A stretch of DNA of 64,000 nt from Bryobacterales bacterium (GTDB lineage: Bacteria > Acidobacteriota > Terriglobia > Bryobacterales > UBA6623), in the NCBI GenBank assembly GCA_965224215.1, contig CBDCYS010000026.1, forward strand, positions 43,596-107,595. The letters are read 5' to 3'. Made by a program: the position numbers and the translations under genes. The notes beneath the pieces were generated by a model. That model did no database searches. It saw only the letters and a program-made list of their open reading frames with translations, and had not been told where the DNA came from. Positions within the stretch are counted from its first letter, which is position 1. Every line of letters begins with the position of its first letter. Of this stretch, positions 7,364 through 16,354 are shown in pieces.

Positions 7364-9946
7364 ATGCCCTCCCCGCCGCGCCTGTTCTTGATCGATACGT
7401 TTGGGCTGATCTTCCGCGCATTTTACGGCCGGGCCAAGGCAGGTGCGCCTCTCATGCGAACGTCGGCGGGCATGCCGACCGAGGCCGTCTACATCTTCAG
7501 CAACATGATGCGTAAGCTGCTCGACGACCACAAGCCGGACTACCTGGCAGCCGTCTGGGAGGGCGAAGGGCCGACCTTCCGCGATGAGATCTTCGAGGAC
7601 TACAAAGCAAACCGCGATGCGACTCCCGATGACTTGATTCAACAAATGCCCTACATCGACAAGCTCCTGCGGGCGAATCGGATCCCTGTCCTCTCCGTCC
7701 CGGGATATGAAGCCGACGACGTCATCGGCGCCCTGGCGGTTCAAGCCGCCGAACACGATCTGGAAGTCTACGTCGTCAGCAGTGACAAGGATCTCACGCA
7801 GTTGGTGAACGATCGCGTTTACGTCCTCAACCCGATGAAGAACGACCTGGTCTACGACAGCGCCAAGGTTGCGGAGGTCATGGGTGTCGAACCCCATCAG
7901 ATCGTTGATTTCCTGGCGCTGAAGGGCGACTCGGTGGACAACATTCCCGGCGCTCCCGGCATTGGCGACAAGGGCGCCCGCGCACTGATCTCCGAGTACG
8001 GCAGCGTCGAGTCAGCGATGGATCACGCCGGGGAAGTCACGCGCAAGACCTATCGCGAAAGCCTGCAGCAGAACCGTGATCAGATCTTGCTCAGCAAGAA
8101 GCTCGCGACGATCGCCGTCGACGCTCCGATTACCTTGGATCTCGAAGGGCTACACGTAGCGGCTCCTGATGCGGAAGCGCTCCGAACCGTTTACAAAGAA
8201 CTGGAGTTCAACAGCCAGATCAGCCAGCTCGAAGTTTCCGAATCCGCCGTCGCGGCAGAGCTGCGAAGTTTCTCAACCGCCGAAGAATTTCATCAATGGC
8301 TCGACACGGCCGCTAGCGGCCGCCCCATCGCGATAGCGGTCCAACTCAGCAACCCCGGCGAACTGGACAGCGGCGGAGTCGGCTTCTGCGCGGAAGCCCA
8401 GCGAGCCTACTCGCTGCCGGCTCATCTGCTCAGCGAGGCCAAAGCGTTTCTAGAGGACCCCGAGCGCCCCAAGCGGGTCCATGACTCCAAGTCGGCCGCG
8501 CATCTTCTGCAGCAGGCAGGCATCGTTCTACGGGGAGTCACTGACGATACCCTGCTGACAGCATTCCTGGCGAACGCCACGCGGGCCGACTATTCGCTGG
8601 AGAAAACAGCGGCCCGGCGTCTTGGTGTTCAGTTAGATCACGATCCGGCCAACGCTGCCTCTCTGACCCAGCAGCTTTCCGAAGCGCTGTCGAAAGAAAT
8701 CGACGAGCTGCAACTGCGCGACCTCTATGAGCAGATGGAGCTGCCTCTGGCGGCGGTCCTGGCGCGCATGGAGAGCGAGGGTGTCCTGCTCGACTGCGAT
8801 GCGTTGGCAGTACTATCCGCTGAACTGGAAGGGAAAGTCGATTCGTTGGCAAAGGAGATCTATTCGCTTGCCGGCGTCACCTTCAATATCGGCTCACCCA
8901 AACAATTGGGCAAAGTGCTATTCGAGGACCTCGGCTTGCCCTCACCCTCTCGCCGCGGCAAAACGAAAACGCCTTCCACCGCCTCCGATGTGCTGCAGCG
9001 GCTTGCCGAGGACCATGAGATTGCCACCAAGATTCTCGACTATCGCCAAGTCACTAAGCTCAAGAACACCTACGTCGACGCCTTGCCGCTACTAGTGAAT
9101 CCAAAGACCGGCCGCCTCCATACGACCTTCAATCAAGCGGGCGCGGCCACCGGCCGGGTGTCCTCGGCAAACCCCAATCTGCAGAACATCCCGATCCGAA
9201 CCGAAATGGGACGCCAGATTCGTGCGGCCTTCATTTCGCGCCCGGGGTGCAATCTTCTCAAGGCCGACTATTCCCAAATCGAGCTGCGGATCTTGGCCCA
9301 CCTCTCTGGCGACAAGGTTTTGGTGAATGCCTTTCGAATGGGTGAAGACATTCATACACGCACGGCCGCCGAGGTCTTTCGAGTGCCGCCGTTGATGGTC
9401 GGTCCTGAAGATCGGCGGCGCGCCAAAGCCGTTAATTTCGGCATCGTCTACGGTCTGAGCGCCTTCGGGCTGGCGCAGCAACTGGGCATCTCGCGCTCGG
9501 ATGCGGGCGATTACATCGCCGCCTATTTCGAGCTTTACTCGGGAGTCAAGACCTTCATCGACCGCACGATCGCCCAAGTCAGAAAGAGCGGCGCCACGCG
9601 CACAATGTTCAACAGGCTTCGTCCGATTCCAGACATTCAGAGCAAGAATCCCAGTGTCCGTGGCTTCGCCGAACGGACAGCGATCAACTCACCGATCCAG
9701 GGCTCCGCCGCTGACCTGATCAAGCTGGCGATGATTCGAGTCGACCAGCGCCTCAGGGACGAAAAGCTGCAGGCCTTGATGCTGCTGCAGGTTCACGACG
9801 AATTGGTCTTCGAAGCGCCCGAGGAAGAAACAGCCGTTGTCGCCAAGCTCGTCAAGCACGAGATGGAGCAGGTACACCAACTCGACGTTCCGCTAATTGC
9901 CGACGTCAAGGCCGGCAAGAACTGGCGCGACATGTCGACGGTCTAG
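7364..9946 (+). CDS. polA: DNA polymerase I
   Basis: 860 aa. 5' nuclease domain (LIDTFGLIFRAFY), then polymerase motifs DYSQIELRILAH, RRRAKAVNFGIVYG and QVHDELVFE. Confidence 0.97.
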   Translation: MPSPPRLFLIDTFGLIFRAFYGRAKAGAPLMRTSAGMPTEAVYIFSNMMRKLLDDHKPDYLAAVWEGEGPTFRDEIFEDYKANRDATPDDLIQQMPYIDKLLRANRIPVLSVPGYEADDVIGALAVQAAEHDLEVYVVSSDKDLTQLVNDRVYVLNPMKNDLVYDSAKVAEVMGVEPHQIVDFLALKGDSVDNIPGAPGIGDKGARALISEYGSVESAMDHAGEVTRKTYRESLQQNRDQILLSKKLATIAVDAPITLDLEGLHVAAPDAEALRTVYKELEFNSQISQLEVSESAVAAELRSFSTAEEFHQWLDTAASGRPIAIAVQLSNPGELDSGGVGFCAEAQRAYSLPAHLLSEAKAFLEDPERPKRVHDSKSAAHLLQQAGIVLRGVTDDTLLTAFLANATRADYSLEKTAARRLGVQLDHDPANAASLTQQLSEALSKEIDELQLRDLYEQMELPLAAVLARMESEGVLLDCDALAVLSAELEGKVDSLAKEIYSLAGVTFNIGSPKQLGKVLFEDLGLPSPSRRGKTKTPSTASDVLQRLAEDHEIATKILDYRQVTKLKNTYVDALPLLVNPKTGRLHTTFNQAGAATGRVSSANPNLQNIPIRTEMGRQIRAAFISRPGCNLLKADYSQIELRILAHLSGDKVLVNAFRMGEDIHTRTAAEVFRVPPLMVGPEDRRRAKAVNFGIVYGLSAFGLAQQLGISRSDAGDYIAAYFELYSGVKTFIDRTIAQVRKSGATRTMFNRLRPIPDIQSKNPSVRGFAERTAINSPIQGSAADLIKLAMIRVDQRLRDEKLQALMLLQVHDELVFEAPEEETAVVAKLVKHEMEQVHQLDVPLIADVKAGKNWRDMSTV

Positions 9947-9981
9947 CCAACGGCCCGAAAGCAGGAACCGAGCCCCAAGCT

Positions 9982-10137
9982 GCGACATGGCGTGAACCTC
10001 CAGGTTTGCCGCGCCTCGATTCGTCGAGGCATCGCCGGCGGCAAGGCACTTGGTTGCCCGGGCCAGATTCCGCGGCCACTGGCCAAACAAACCGACGAAT
10101 CGGTTTGCGGCAAGCGTGGACGCTCACGCCACGTCTG
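9982..10137. repeat. 156-bp dispersed repeat, copy 1
   Basis: Matches the reverse complement of 47889..48044. Conserved arms: aacctccaggtttgccgcgcc and aaacaaaccg.cgaatcgg...gcggcaagcgtggacgctc..gccacgtctg. The centre is divergent. Confidence 0.85.
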
Positions 10138-10172
10138 CCGGCCCGCGCTGCCAACTCGCCCGGGTGCCGAAG

Positions 10173-11144
10173 CTATTCAAACGCTACCGGCTTGAGCGAC
10201 AGATCGGTGTGGGACAAGAAGCCCAGATCGATTCCGGAGGCAGAGAAGCGGGTTCCGTCCGATACAACTCCCACTCCCAAAATTCCGAACGGGATTCCGC
10301 TTTGCATCCCGCTGACAGGGAGGCTTGAGAGAACCGCCGACGAAACGCTGAATGACCCAGCGGAGACATCCTCGCGGCAGAAGAACACCGCACCGGAAGC
10401 ATCTTCATCCACGGAAACAATGGAAGACCCAAAGATCTGAACCGTCCCATTTTGACCGCCGCCCGCCCAGGTCACAGACAGGTTGTTTGAGCGCGGGACA
10501 ATGTTAATCGCGTCGCGATTCGTCCAATTGAGAGCTTCTGGAATCACCAGGCTGGTGGTGAATGGACCAACGGCGCTGCCGCCCGGTCCGCTTACCGTGT
10601 AGGTTCCTGGTTCCAAATAGCCCGGCAGACCCTGGTTTACCGACTCAGCGGCGAGAGCTTTCGGACCTGCTGTTAAGAAACTCGGAAAGGAGCCTGACAA
10701 CGAGGCGCTGTATACCCCTACGTCTACACGATCAATTTGCTTCGTCCCCATTGGTCCCGCCAACGTCAGAGAGGATCCGGCATCCAGGCCCGCGGGACGG
10801 ACTGGATCAACAGGTTGTGTGGTTGCGCCCTGAATCTGAAAGACCGTACATGCCCCAATCGTCGATATGCCGGCCACTCCCTGTGACTGCGCTAGCTGAT
10901 TCAGGTTGAAATCGAAAAACGAAGCGCTTGCCATGTCGGTTTTGAGATCAAAAGTTTGCGCAGGCAACGGTCCGGAGAAGGAGATGCTAAAGCGAGACAG
11001 AGATACAGATCCGAGCTTCAAGCCGCCGCTTCCGCGCGCTTGTTCAAGCTCGGCCGCCGTGAATCCGCCGCCGCCACTCGAGCAGGTCGCGCCTGACTGC
11101 GAAACCGGTAGGGTTGTGAAGTTGCTTGAGACACCTTCGACCAC
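10173..11144 (-). CDS. Hypothetical secreted Gly/Ser-rich protein
   Basis: 323-aa ORF, 33 nt downstream of the preceding secreted-protein gene on the same strand. I recognise no motif. Confidence 0.5.
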   Translation of the reverse strand: MVEGVSSNFTTLPVSQSGATCSSGGGGFTAAELEQARGSGGLKLGSVSLSRFSISFSGPLPAQTFDLKTDMASASFFDFNLNQLAQSQGVAGISTIGACTVFQIQGATTQPVDPVRPAGLDAGSSLTLAGPMGTKQIDRVDVGVYSASLSGSFPSFLTAGPKALAAESVNQGLPGYLEPGTYTVSGPGGSAVGPFTTSLVIPEALNWTNRDAINIVPRSNNLSVTWAGGGQNGTVQIFGSSIVSVDEDASGAVFFCREDVSAGSFSVSSAVLSSLPVSGMQSGIPFGILGVGVVSDGTRFSASGIDLGFLSHTDLSLKPVAFE

Positions 11145-11177
11145 GACAACGACCGGGACATAGCAGCCGTCGACACT

Positions 11178-11876
11178 CTAGGGGGTTGCGAATCGGACGA
11201 TGTCGAGTCCGCCGCAGCAGCCCGAACGGCCGCGATACACGATGGTCGCGGGTATCCCGCCTACGAGGACTTCGACATCGACTCCTGAGAGGTCACCCGG
11301 CAGGGGTCCCCCTGCTTCGTCACCCGCCACCGCACCCAAGCCTGTGCCCCAGACGTCTATCAAGTCGCCGGGCTTTGCTGAATTCAGAATGGTTCTGACA
11401 TTGGAATCAGGTGGCACGATCAATGGATCCGTGAAAACACCTGGTCCACTGCCGGCTTGATTGAGCGCAAAAATCCCGAAGCTATGAGCCACGACAGTGA
11501 CTGGCAGGGGGGCGCTGGTCTGCCCGTTGAAAGTCACGGTCAGCGTTCCATCGTCCAGCGGTGTGTTGGACGGCAGTATGACAGCGAGTTGGCCGGCAAC
11601 GGTAAAAAGCATGATGCAATCGACGGTAGTCCCGCCGACGGTCACTTGGACTGAGGTTCCAGCGAGTTCAGTCGGAAGCGGGAAGCTCGTGCTTTGTGCA
11701 AGGGCTGCAGGTCCCATGCCCGACCCAAAGACGGAGAAAATACTGCCTTGAGCCAAGCTGCCGTTCGGCAGGTCGGACCTTGCGAAACTTGCTGAGTTGA
11801 CGGCACCGGTGGCAACCGGCTGGGCGTTGCCAACACTGGCGAACAGGATCAGGATCAAAATCAAAGCTACGGGCAT
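11178..11876 (-). CDS. Secreted protein resembling the Solibacter-type TIGR03437 (IPT/TIG-like) family
   Basis: Start moved to ATG 11876 (AAGGAG 7 nt upstream; signal peptide MPVALILILILFASVGNAQP). Pattern AVNSASF...GSIFSVFGSGMGP...TSVQVTVGG...TFNGQTSAPLPVTVVAHSFGIF... is typical of that family, from memory. Confidence 0.6.
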   Translation of the reverse strand: MPVALILILILFASVGNAQPVATGAVNSASFARSDLPNGSLAQGSIFSVFGSGMGPAALAQSTSFPLPTELAGTSVQVTVGGTTVDCIMLFTVAGQLAVILPSNTPLDDGTLTVTFNGQTSAPLPVTVVAHSFGIFALNQAGSGPGVFTDPLIVPPDSNVRTILNSAKPGDLIDVWGTGLGAVAGDEAGGPLPGDLSGVDVEVLVGGIPATIVYRGRSGCCGGLDIVRFATP

Positions 11877-12013
11877 CTGTGGACTCCTTATTTGAAAGCA
11901 GTAGGACACGGCGCCTTGGCCAATCGCGGTTCAGAAAACACGCGTTGCCGGGGCAGACAAGATCATACCGCGCAGCGGCACCAAAACTCCAGTGTCGGTC
12001 TCCAGGCCGAAGT

Positions 12014-12057
12014 AGGAATGGCAGCTTGTGGCAGTCCTCGATTTTTTCACACCTTCC
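12014..12057. repeat. Solo IS-end-like relic (related to the IS1182-family left end)
   Basis: aggaatggcagcttgtggcagtcctc matches 17521..17546. attttttcacaccttcc is the reverse complement of the IS terminus ggaaggtgtgaaaaaat at 17574..17590. Confidence 0.6.
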
Positions 12058-12120
12058 TGACCCCTACTTTGCCAGATTATCCGTGACCCGCTGCGGACGC
12101 CGAACTGCCAATTGCGCTCC

Positions 12121-13461
12121 TTACTCCGTCCGCTTGCCAATCGAAATCAAGTTCAAGTCGCTGCGGACAAACAACTTTCCGTCGGCTATAGCCGGCGAGG
12201 CGATGAAGTGCTCGTTGAGCTTGTTGCGTGCCAGGACTTCCGGTTTCCGGCCGGCTCGCAATACCAGCGTTTCGCCGCTCTCACTGAAGAGGAATATCTT
12301 GCCGTCGGCCGCCACCGGCGTGGCGCTGTAGACGCCGCCGAGCCGCTCCTGCCAGATCCGCTGGCCGGTTTCGGCATCGACGCAGGTGACAATTCCGAGG
12401 CCGTTGGCCATGTAGATCAGGCCCTGGTAGTGGATCAACGACGAAACATAGGGGGCGCCCGTATCGACGTGCCAGTTGATGTGGGTGTCCTTGATATCTC
12501 CCCTGCCGCCGGCCTTGAGCGCCATGTAGGGGCCGCTGCGATAGCCGTGGGTCATGTAGATGGTGGCGTTGCTGTGGACGGGCGCGGGAATGGCGAAGCG
12601 GTTCGCCTCGGCGAAGTGCCACAGCTTTTCTCCGGTCCTGGCGTCGTAGCCCTCAACTCCCTCGCTGCAATTGACGATGATTTCCGGCCCTGTTGGCCCC
12701 TCGACTATGGCCGGAGTTGAATAGGAAGTCGCCTTGGCGTCGCGGTCGGTCTTCCAGACCTGTTCGCCCGTCCGCTTGTCGAGCGCCAGTAGATAGGACG
12801 CGCTGTTGTGGAAGCAGATCAGGATCAGCAAGTCATCGTGGAGCGTCGGCGAGCTACCGTGGCCCCAGGAGATATCGAATACCGAGTAGTCCTGGCCGAT
12901 GTGGCGCTGCCAGACAGGTTTGCCGTCCATATCGAGCGCCGCGAGCTGTCCGGTGCTGAACCAGGCGTAGACTCGCTCGCCGTCGGTGACCGGGCTGGGC
13001 GAGGCCATATTGCTTTTCTGATGGACTTCGGGGAGCGCGCGTTCGGCTGAAATCTCGTGCTCCCAAAGTAACCCGCCGTCGCCCACACCGAACGCCGCCA
13101 CCACGAACGTTACGTTGGTGTCGCCGTCGCCTTCCGGCCGCGAGCCGCCCAGCGCGACCTCCCCTGACGACGCCGGGTCACCTCCCTGCACGAGCGACGG
13201 GTGGCGACCCGGCCGCATGGTCCCCCGGCCGATCTGGTAAGTCACGAACACCCGCCCGCCCCAGACGATCGGCGACGATACTCCCATGCCGCGCAGCGGC
13301 GTCTTCCAGGCGATGTTTGCGGTGTTGCTCCATTCCGTGGGGACACCGCTATCGGGGGACACGCTTGTGCCGTAGGGCCCGCGCCAGGCGGGCCAGTTTT
13401 CGGCGGAGACTGCGGCGGAGAAAACTATCAGTAACAGAGCGGTTCTCGATGTCAATCGCAT
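12121..13461 (-). CDS. PQQ-like beta-propeller repeat protein (BamB-like fold), secreted
   Basis: Start moved to ATG 13461 (GGAGGAG upstream; signal peptide MRLTSRTALLLIVFSAAVSA). ENWPAWRGP and repeated G.VYA...G.L.ALD..TG...W blades. Confidence 0.8.
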   Translation of the reverse strand: MRLTSRTALLLIVFSAAVSAENWPAWRGPYGTSVSPDSGVPTEWSNTANIAWKTPLRGMGVSSPIVWGGRVFVTYQIGRGTMRPGRHPSLVQGGDPASSGEVALGGSRPEGDGDTNVTFVVAAFGVGDGGLLWEHEISAERALPEVHQKSNMASPSPVTDGERVYAWFSTGQLAALDMDGKPVWQRHIGQDYSVFDISWGHGSSPTLHDDLLILICFHNSASYLLALDKRTGEQVWKTDRDAKATSYSTPAIVEGPTGPEIIVNCSEGVEGYDARTGEKLWHFAEANRFAIPAPVHSNATIYMTHGYRSGPYMALKAGGRGDIKDTHINWHVDTGAPYVSSLIHYQGLIYMANGLGIVTCVDAETGQRIWQERLGGVYSATPVAADGKIFLFSESGETLVLRAGRKPEVLARNKLNEHFIASPAIADGKLFVRSDLNLISIGKRTE

Positions 13462-13955
13462 GTTTGAGACTCCTCCAAACCGCGCGGTGCTCCCGGACGA
13501 ACTCGCGGTTCCTCTCGAACGGCATGAGTGTTCTGGCACATCAGTCTACTAACGCGGTGCCTCAAGAGGCAAACGCTGGGATGCCCTTGTCCTCCGCGCC
13601 CCTAGTGAGCCCGCATTTCTCATCGGGTGGCGAGGCAAAGTGCATGAGAGGCCTGTCAGTGCGAGGCGCGCGCCGCTTGACGAGCGGAGGCGTACTCGGA
13701 CAGTACGTTGAGCACGGCGAGCAAGCGCAACGGAGTAATGGCGGGCCTGTCATGTGCTTGGCCCGTCAGCCGGTGAGAAATGCGGGCTAGTGGCCCGGAA
13801 GTTCAAGAACTGTCGCGCATCGCGATGAGTTTCGATGGGATGTGGACAGCGTTCTGTGATGGCCAAATCCGCCCTTGTCGGCCAGGGTTGTTTTATGGCT
13901 GGCGCACCTACTAAACGGTCGTCGCCGTATCGCCCTTGACACGCCACCGGTCGAT

Positions 13956-15221
13956 CTATTCCGCGTTCCTGGCGGCGCGGTCGACTTCCGCCCCGCTCAG
14001 GTAGACGGCGGCGATTCGCCGCGTATTGGTGATATCGTCGAGCGGGTTTGCCGCAAGCACTAGGAAGTCCGCACGCTTCCCGGCTTCGATAGTACCCGCA
14101 TCAGTCAGCCGCAGAAAATCAGCTGAATTGCGGGTCGCAGCCACGATGACCTGCGCCGGAGTCATGCCGGCGGCCACCATGTCCTCCATCTCGATGTGCG
14201 GAGCCCATGGCGTATTGCCATCCGTTCCCAAGGCAATCGTGACGCCCTCAGAGCTGAGCTTGGCCAGGTTGCGCGCCTGAATCGCAAAGGCCGCCTGCGC
14301 CTCGGGGTTGTCTGTGGCCGCCGCCTGCAGTCTTTCCATCTGGTCAGACGTAAGGGAGCCGCTCAACCAGCCGACGTCCGTGGCCACCCCTCGATTGGGG
14401 AGGTTTGGCACTAACACAAAGTCCGGGCGCTCCTTGAACAGCCCGATGATCGTTTCGTCGACGTCCGTGTCTCGCACGCCGTGCGCGAAGGCGTCGATTC
14501 CCGCGCGCAGAAGCCCTTTTGCGTCTTCGAGAGCGAAGATGTGGGCGGTCACGCGCACGCCCTGCTGGTGGGCTTCGTCGATGATTGCGCCGTACAACTC
14601 GGGTGAAAGCTTTTTGTACTGGCCGTTCCGATCATCGACCCAGATTTTGACAATGTCGACTTTTCTGGCCGCCTGCTCCCGCACGGCCTCACGGGCCTCT
14701 TCTTCGGCCGTCACCCAATACGGGGTTTCCGATCGGCCAGGCTCGGGCGCCGTGACGCCGACTCCGGCCGAGCGAAATCGCGCCGCACCGGGAATCTCTT
14801 CTGCCCGAATCGACAGGTCGCCCGTATCGCGTCCGAGGCTCATCGCAGCTCCGATCCCGTAGTAGGCCCGACGACTGAGGTCCTCGATCAGAGCGTCACG
14901 CTCCTGCCTCAGGTGGGTGTGGGTGTCGATGATCGCGGGCATGACCGTCATGCCGGTCAGATCAACGTGAGTAGCGCCTACCGGTGCCTCTACCTCGTTC
15001 GCGGAGCCAACCTGGACGAAGAGGCCGCCCTCGACGACGAACGTCGCGTTCTCAATCGGTGCGCTGCGATCTCCCACGATCAGTCGCGCGCCTTCGAACG
15101 CTACGGCACCGGTGGCCGGCTCCGTTTTCGGTGACTCACACGCGAAGGTCGCGATCAGGCCAAGCAACGACAGGTAGACCACGACGTCCATGCGACAGAA
15201 TTTCGGCTTCACTCGGTACAT
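13956..15221 (-). CDS. Amidohydrolase-family metallohydrolase (probable lipoprotein)
   Basis: PAIIDTHTHL (HxH metal site), VTAHIFAL, GTDGN, and C-terminal GTIEAGKRADFLVLAANPLDDI. ATG 15221 has GGAGG upstream. Confidence 0.85.
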   Translation of the reverse strand: MYRVKPKFCRMDVVVYLSLLGLIATFACESPKTEPATGAVAFEGARLIVGDRSAPIENATFVVEGGLFVQVGSANEVEAPVGATHVDLTGMTVMPAIIDTHTHLRQERDALIEDLSRRAYYGIGAAMSLGRDTGDLSIRAEEIPGAARFRSAGVGVTAPEPGRSETPYWVTAEEEAREAVREQAARKVDIVKIWVDDRNGQYKKLSPELYGAIIDEAHQQGVRVTAHIFALEDAKGLLRAGIDAFAHGVRDTDVDETIIGLFKERPDFVLVPNLPNRGVATDVGWLSGSLTSDQMERLQAAATDNPEAQAAFAIQARNLAKLSSEGVTIALGTDGNTPWAPHIEMEDMVAAGMTPAQVIVAATRNSADFLRLTDAGTIEAGKRADFLVLAANPLDDITNTRRIAAVYLSGAEVDRAARNAE

Positions 15222-15419
15222 CGCATCCTCCAGAGGGTAAATTGGGCTCGCCTTGGTGTGCGGAGCCAAGATCAGACTATCATCTTCACGGATATGCTAC
15301 GAGCGGGATGTGCTGGACCTGAGCAATGAGCGTCCAGTGGTCCCACAGCGCTACAATCCGCGCGTCGTCGTAAGCAGAGAAATGCGAACCGAAACAACAC
15401 CAATCGAACGAGGAGTTCT

Positions 15420-16012
15420 GTGATGACTCTGAGAAACCTCACTTTGTTCGTAACGGCACTTATGCTCCCTGGAATCGCTCTCTGTCAGCGAGGCGATGCA
15501 CAAACGTTGCCCTATCGAGCTGTGGAGGAGTGGCCCCAGCCGGCGACGAGCGCAGTCGGAGCACCGGGGCCCTGGAATTTCCGCCAGGTATCGGGCGTAG
15601 CGATCAACTCGAATGGCAATGTTCTCGTACTCCACCGCGGCGCCCATCCAATTCTGGAATTCGAGAGCAGCGGGAAGTTCGTCCGCTCCTGGGGTGACGC
15701 GCTGATCAGCGAGGGGAAAGGCTTTCACGCTCGCGCCGGAGTATCAGGTCGAAGGGCGCACAATTCACTCAGCGGTGTATGGTCCGGCCGGCTGTACTTC
15801 ATGCGGCGCTCATTCGATTCGAGTGGATAGCGAGGGGGAGTATCTGGGTGGTCGACGCTACAGGTCATGCCGTGTACAAAATGAACCCGCAAGGGCAAGT
15901 GATCATGCAGTTGGGCTCGAAGGGAGTCTCGGGTGCCGGTCACTACACCTCCAATCTGCCTACCGGGCCCTATGGCGGAGAGCTTGGAGGTTTTACGATC
16001 AGAAGAGGTTGA
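15420..16012 (+). pseudogene. NHL-repeat protein, two frameshifts and 3' truncation
   Basis: Signal peptide plus GVAINSNGNVLVLHRG in frame 0. AFTLAPEYQVEGRTIHSAVYGPAGCTSCGAHSIRVDSEG is in frame 1; SIWVVDATGHAVYKMNPQGQVIMQLGSKG is in frame 2. The shifts fall at ggggaaag (~15715) and gaggggga (~15835). Confidence 0.7.
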
Positions 16013-16129
16013 GACCTACAAGCGCGAAGACCGCTTCCATCCGGCGAGGAAGGCCATCACTTCCGAGCAGGTCTGGCAGATTCTGGAGGCGAAAATGAAC
16101 TCTCAGGCCGAGCCGGCTCCGCCCGCTCG

Positions 16130-16354
16130 TCACTGACTGATCAGGTAGTCCCGCATCGTCCCCATATTGCTGGAATGGTAGAGGTGGCTGTGGTCCACCA
16201 GGTAGTTGCAACGCGTTCGTCCGTCGGTATCGGGGCGTTGATTCGCAGTGATTACGCCGGTCCTCGCCTGACCGATCGCCCGGCCCCAGCAGTCATAGCG
16301 CAGGCTGGCTCCAGGCGCCTGTGGGGGAATCGCGCTTGAAAGCCATTCGTTCAT
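16130..16354 (-). CDS. Hypothetical small protein (74 aa)
   Basis: ATGA start/stop overlap with the upstream gene suggests translational coupling. No motif recognised. Confidence 0.35.
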   Translation of the reverse strand: MNEWLSSAIPPQAPGASLRYDCWGRAIGQARTGVITANQRPDTDGRTRCNYLVDHSHLYHSSNMGTMRDYLISQ

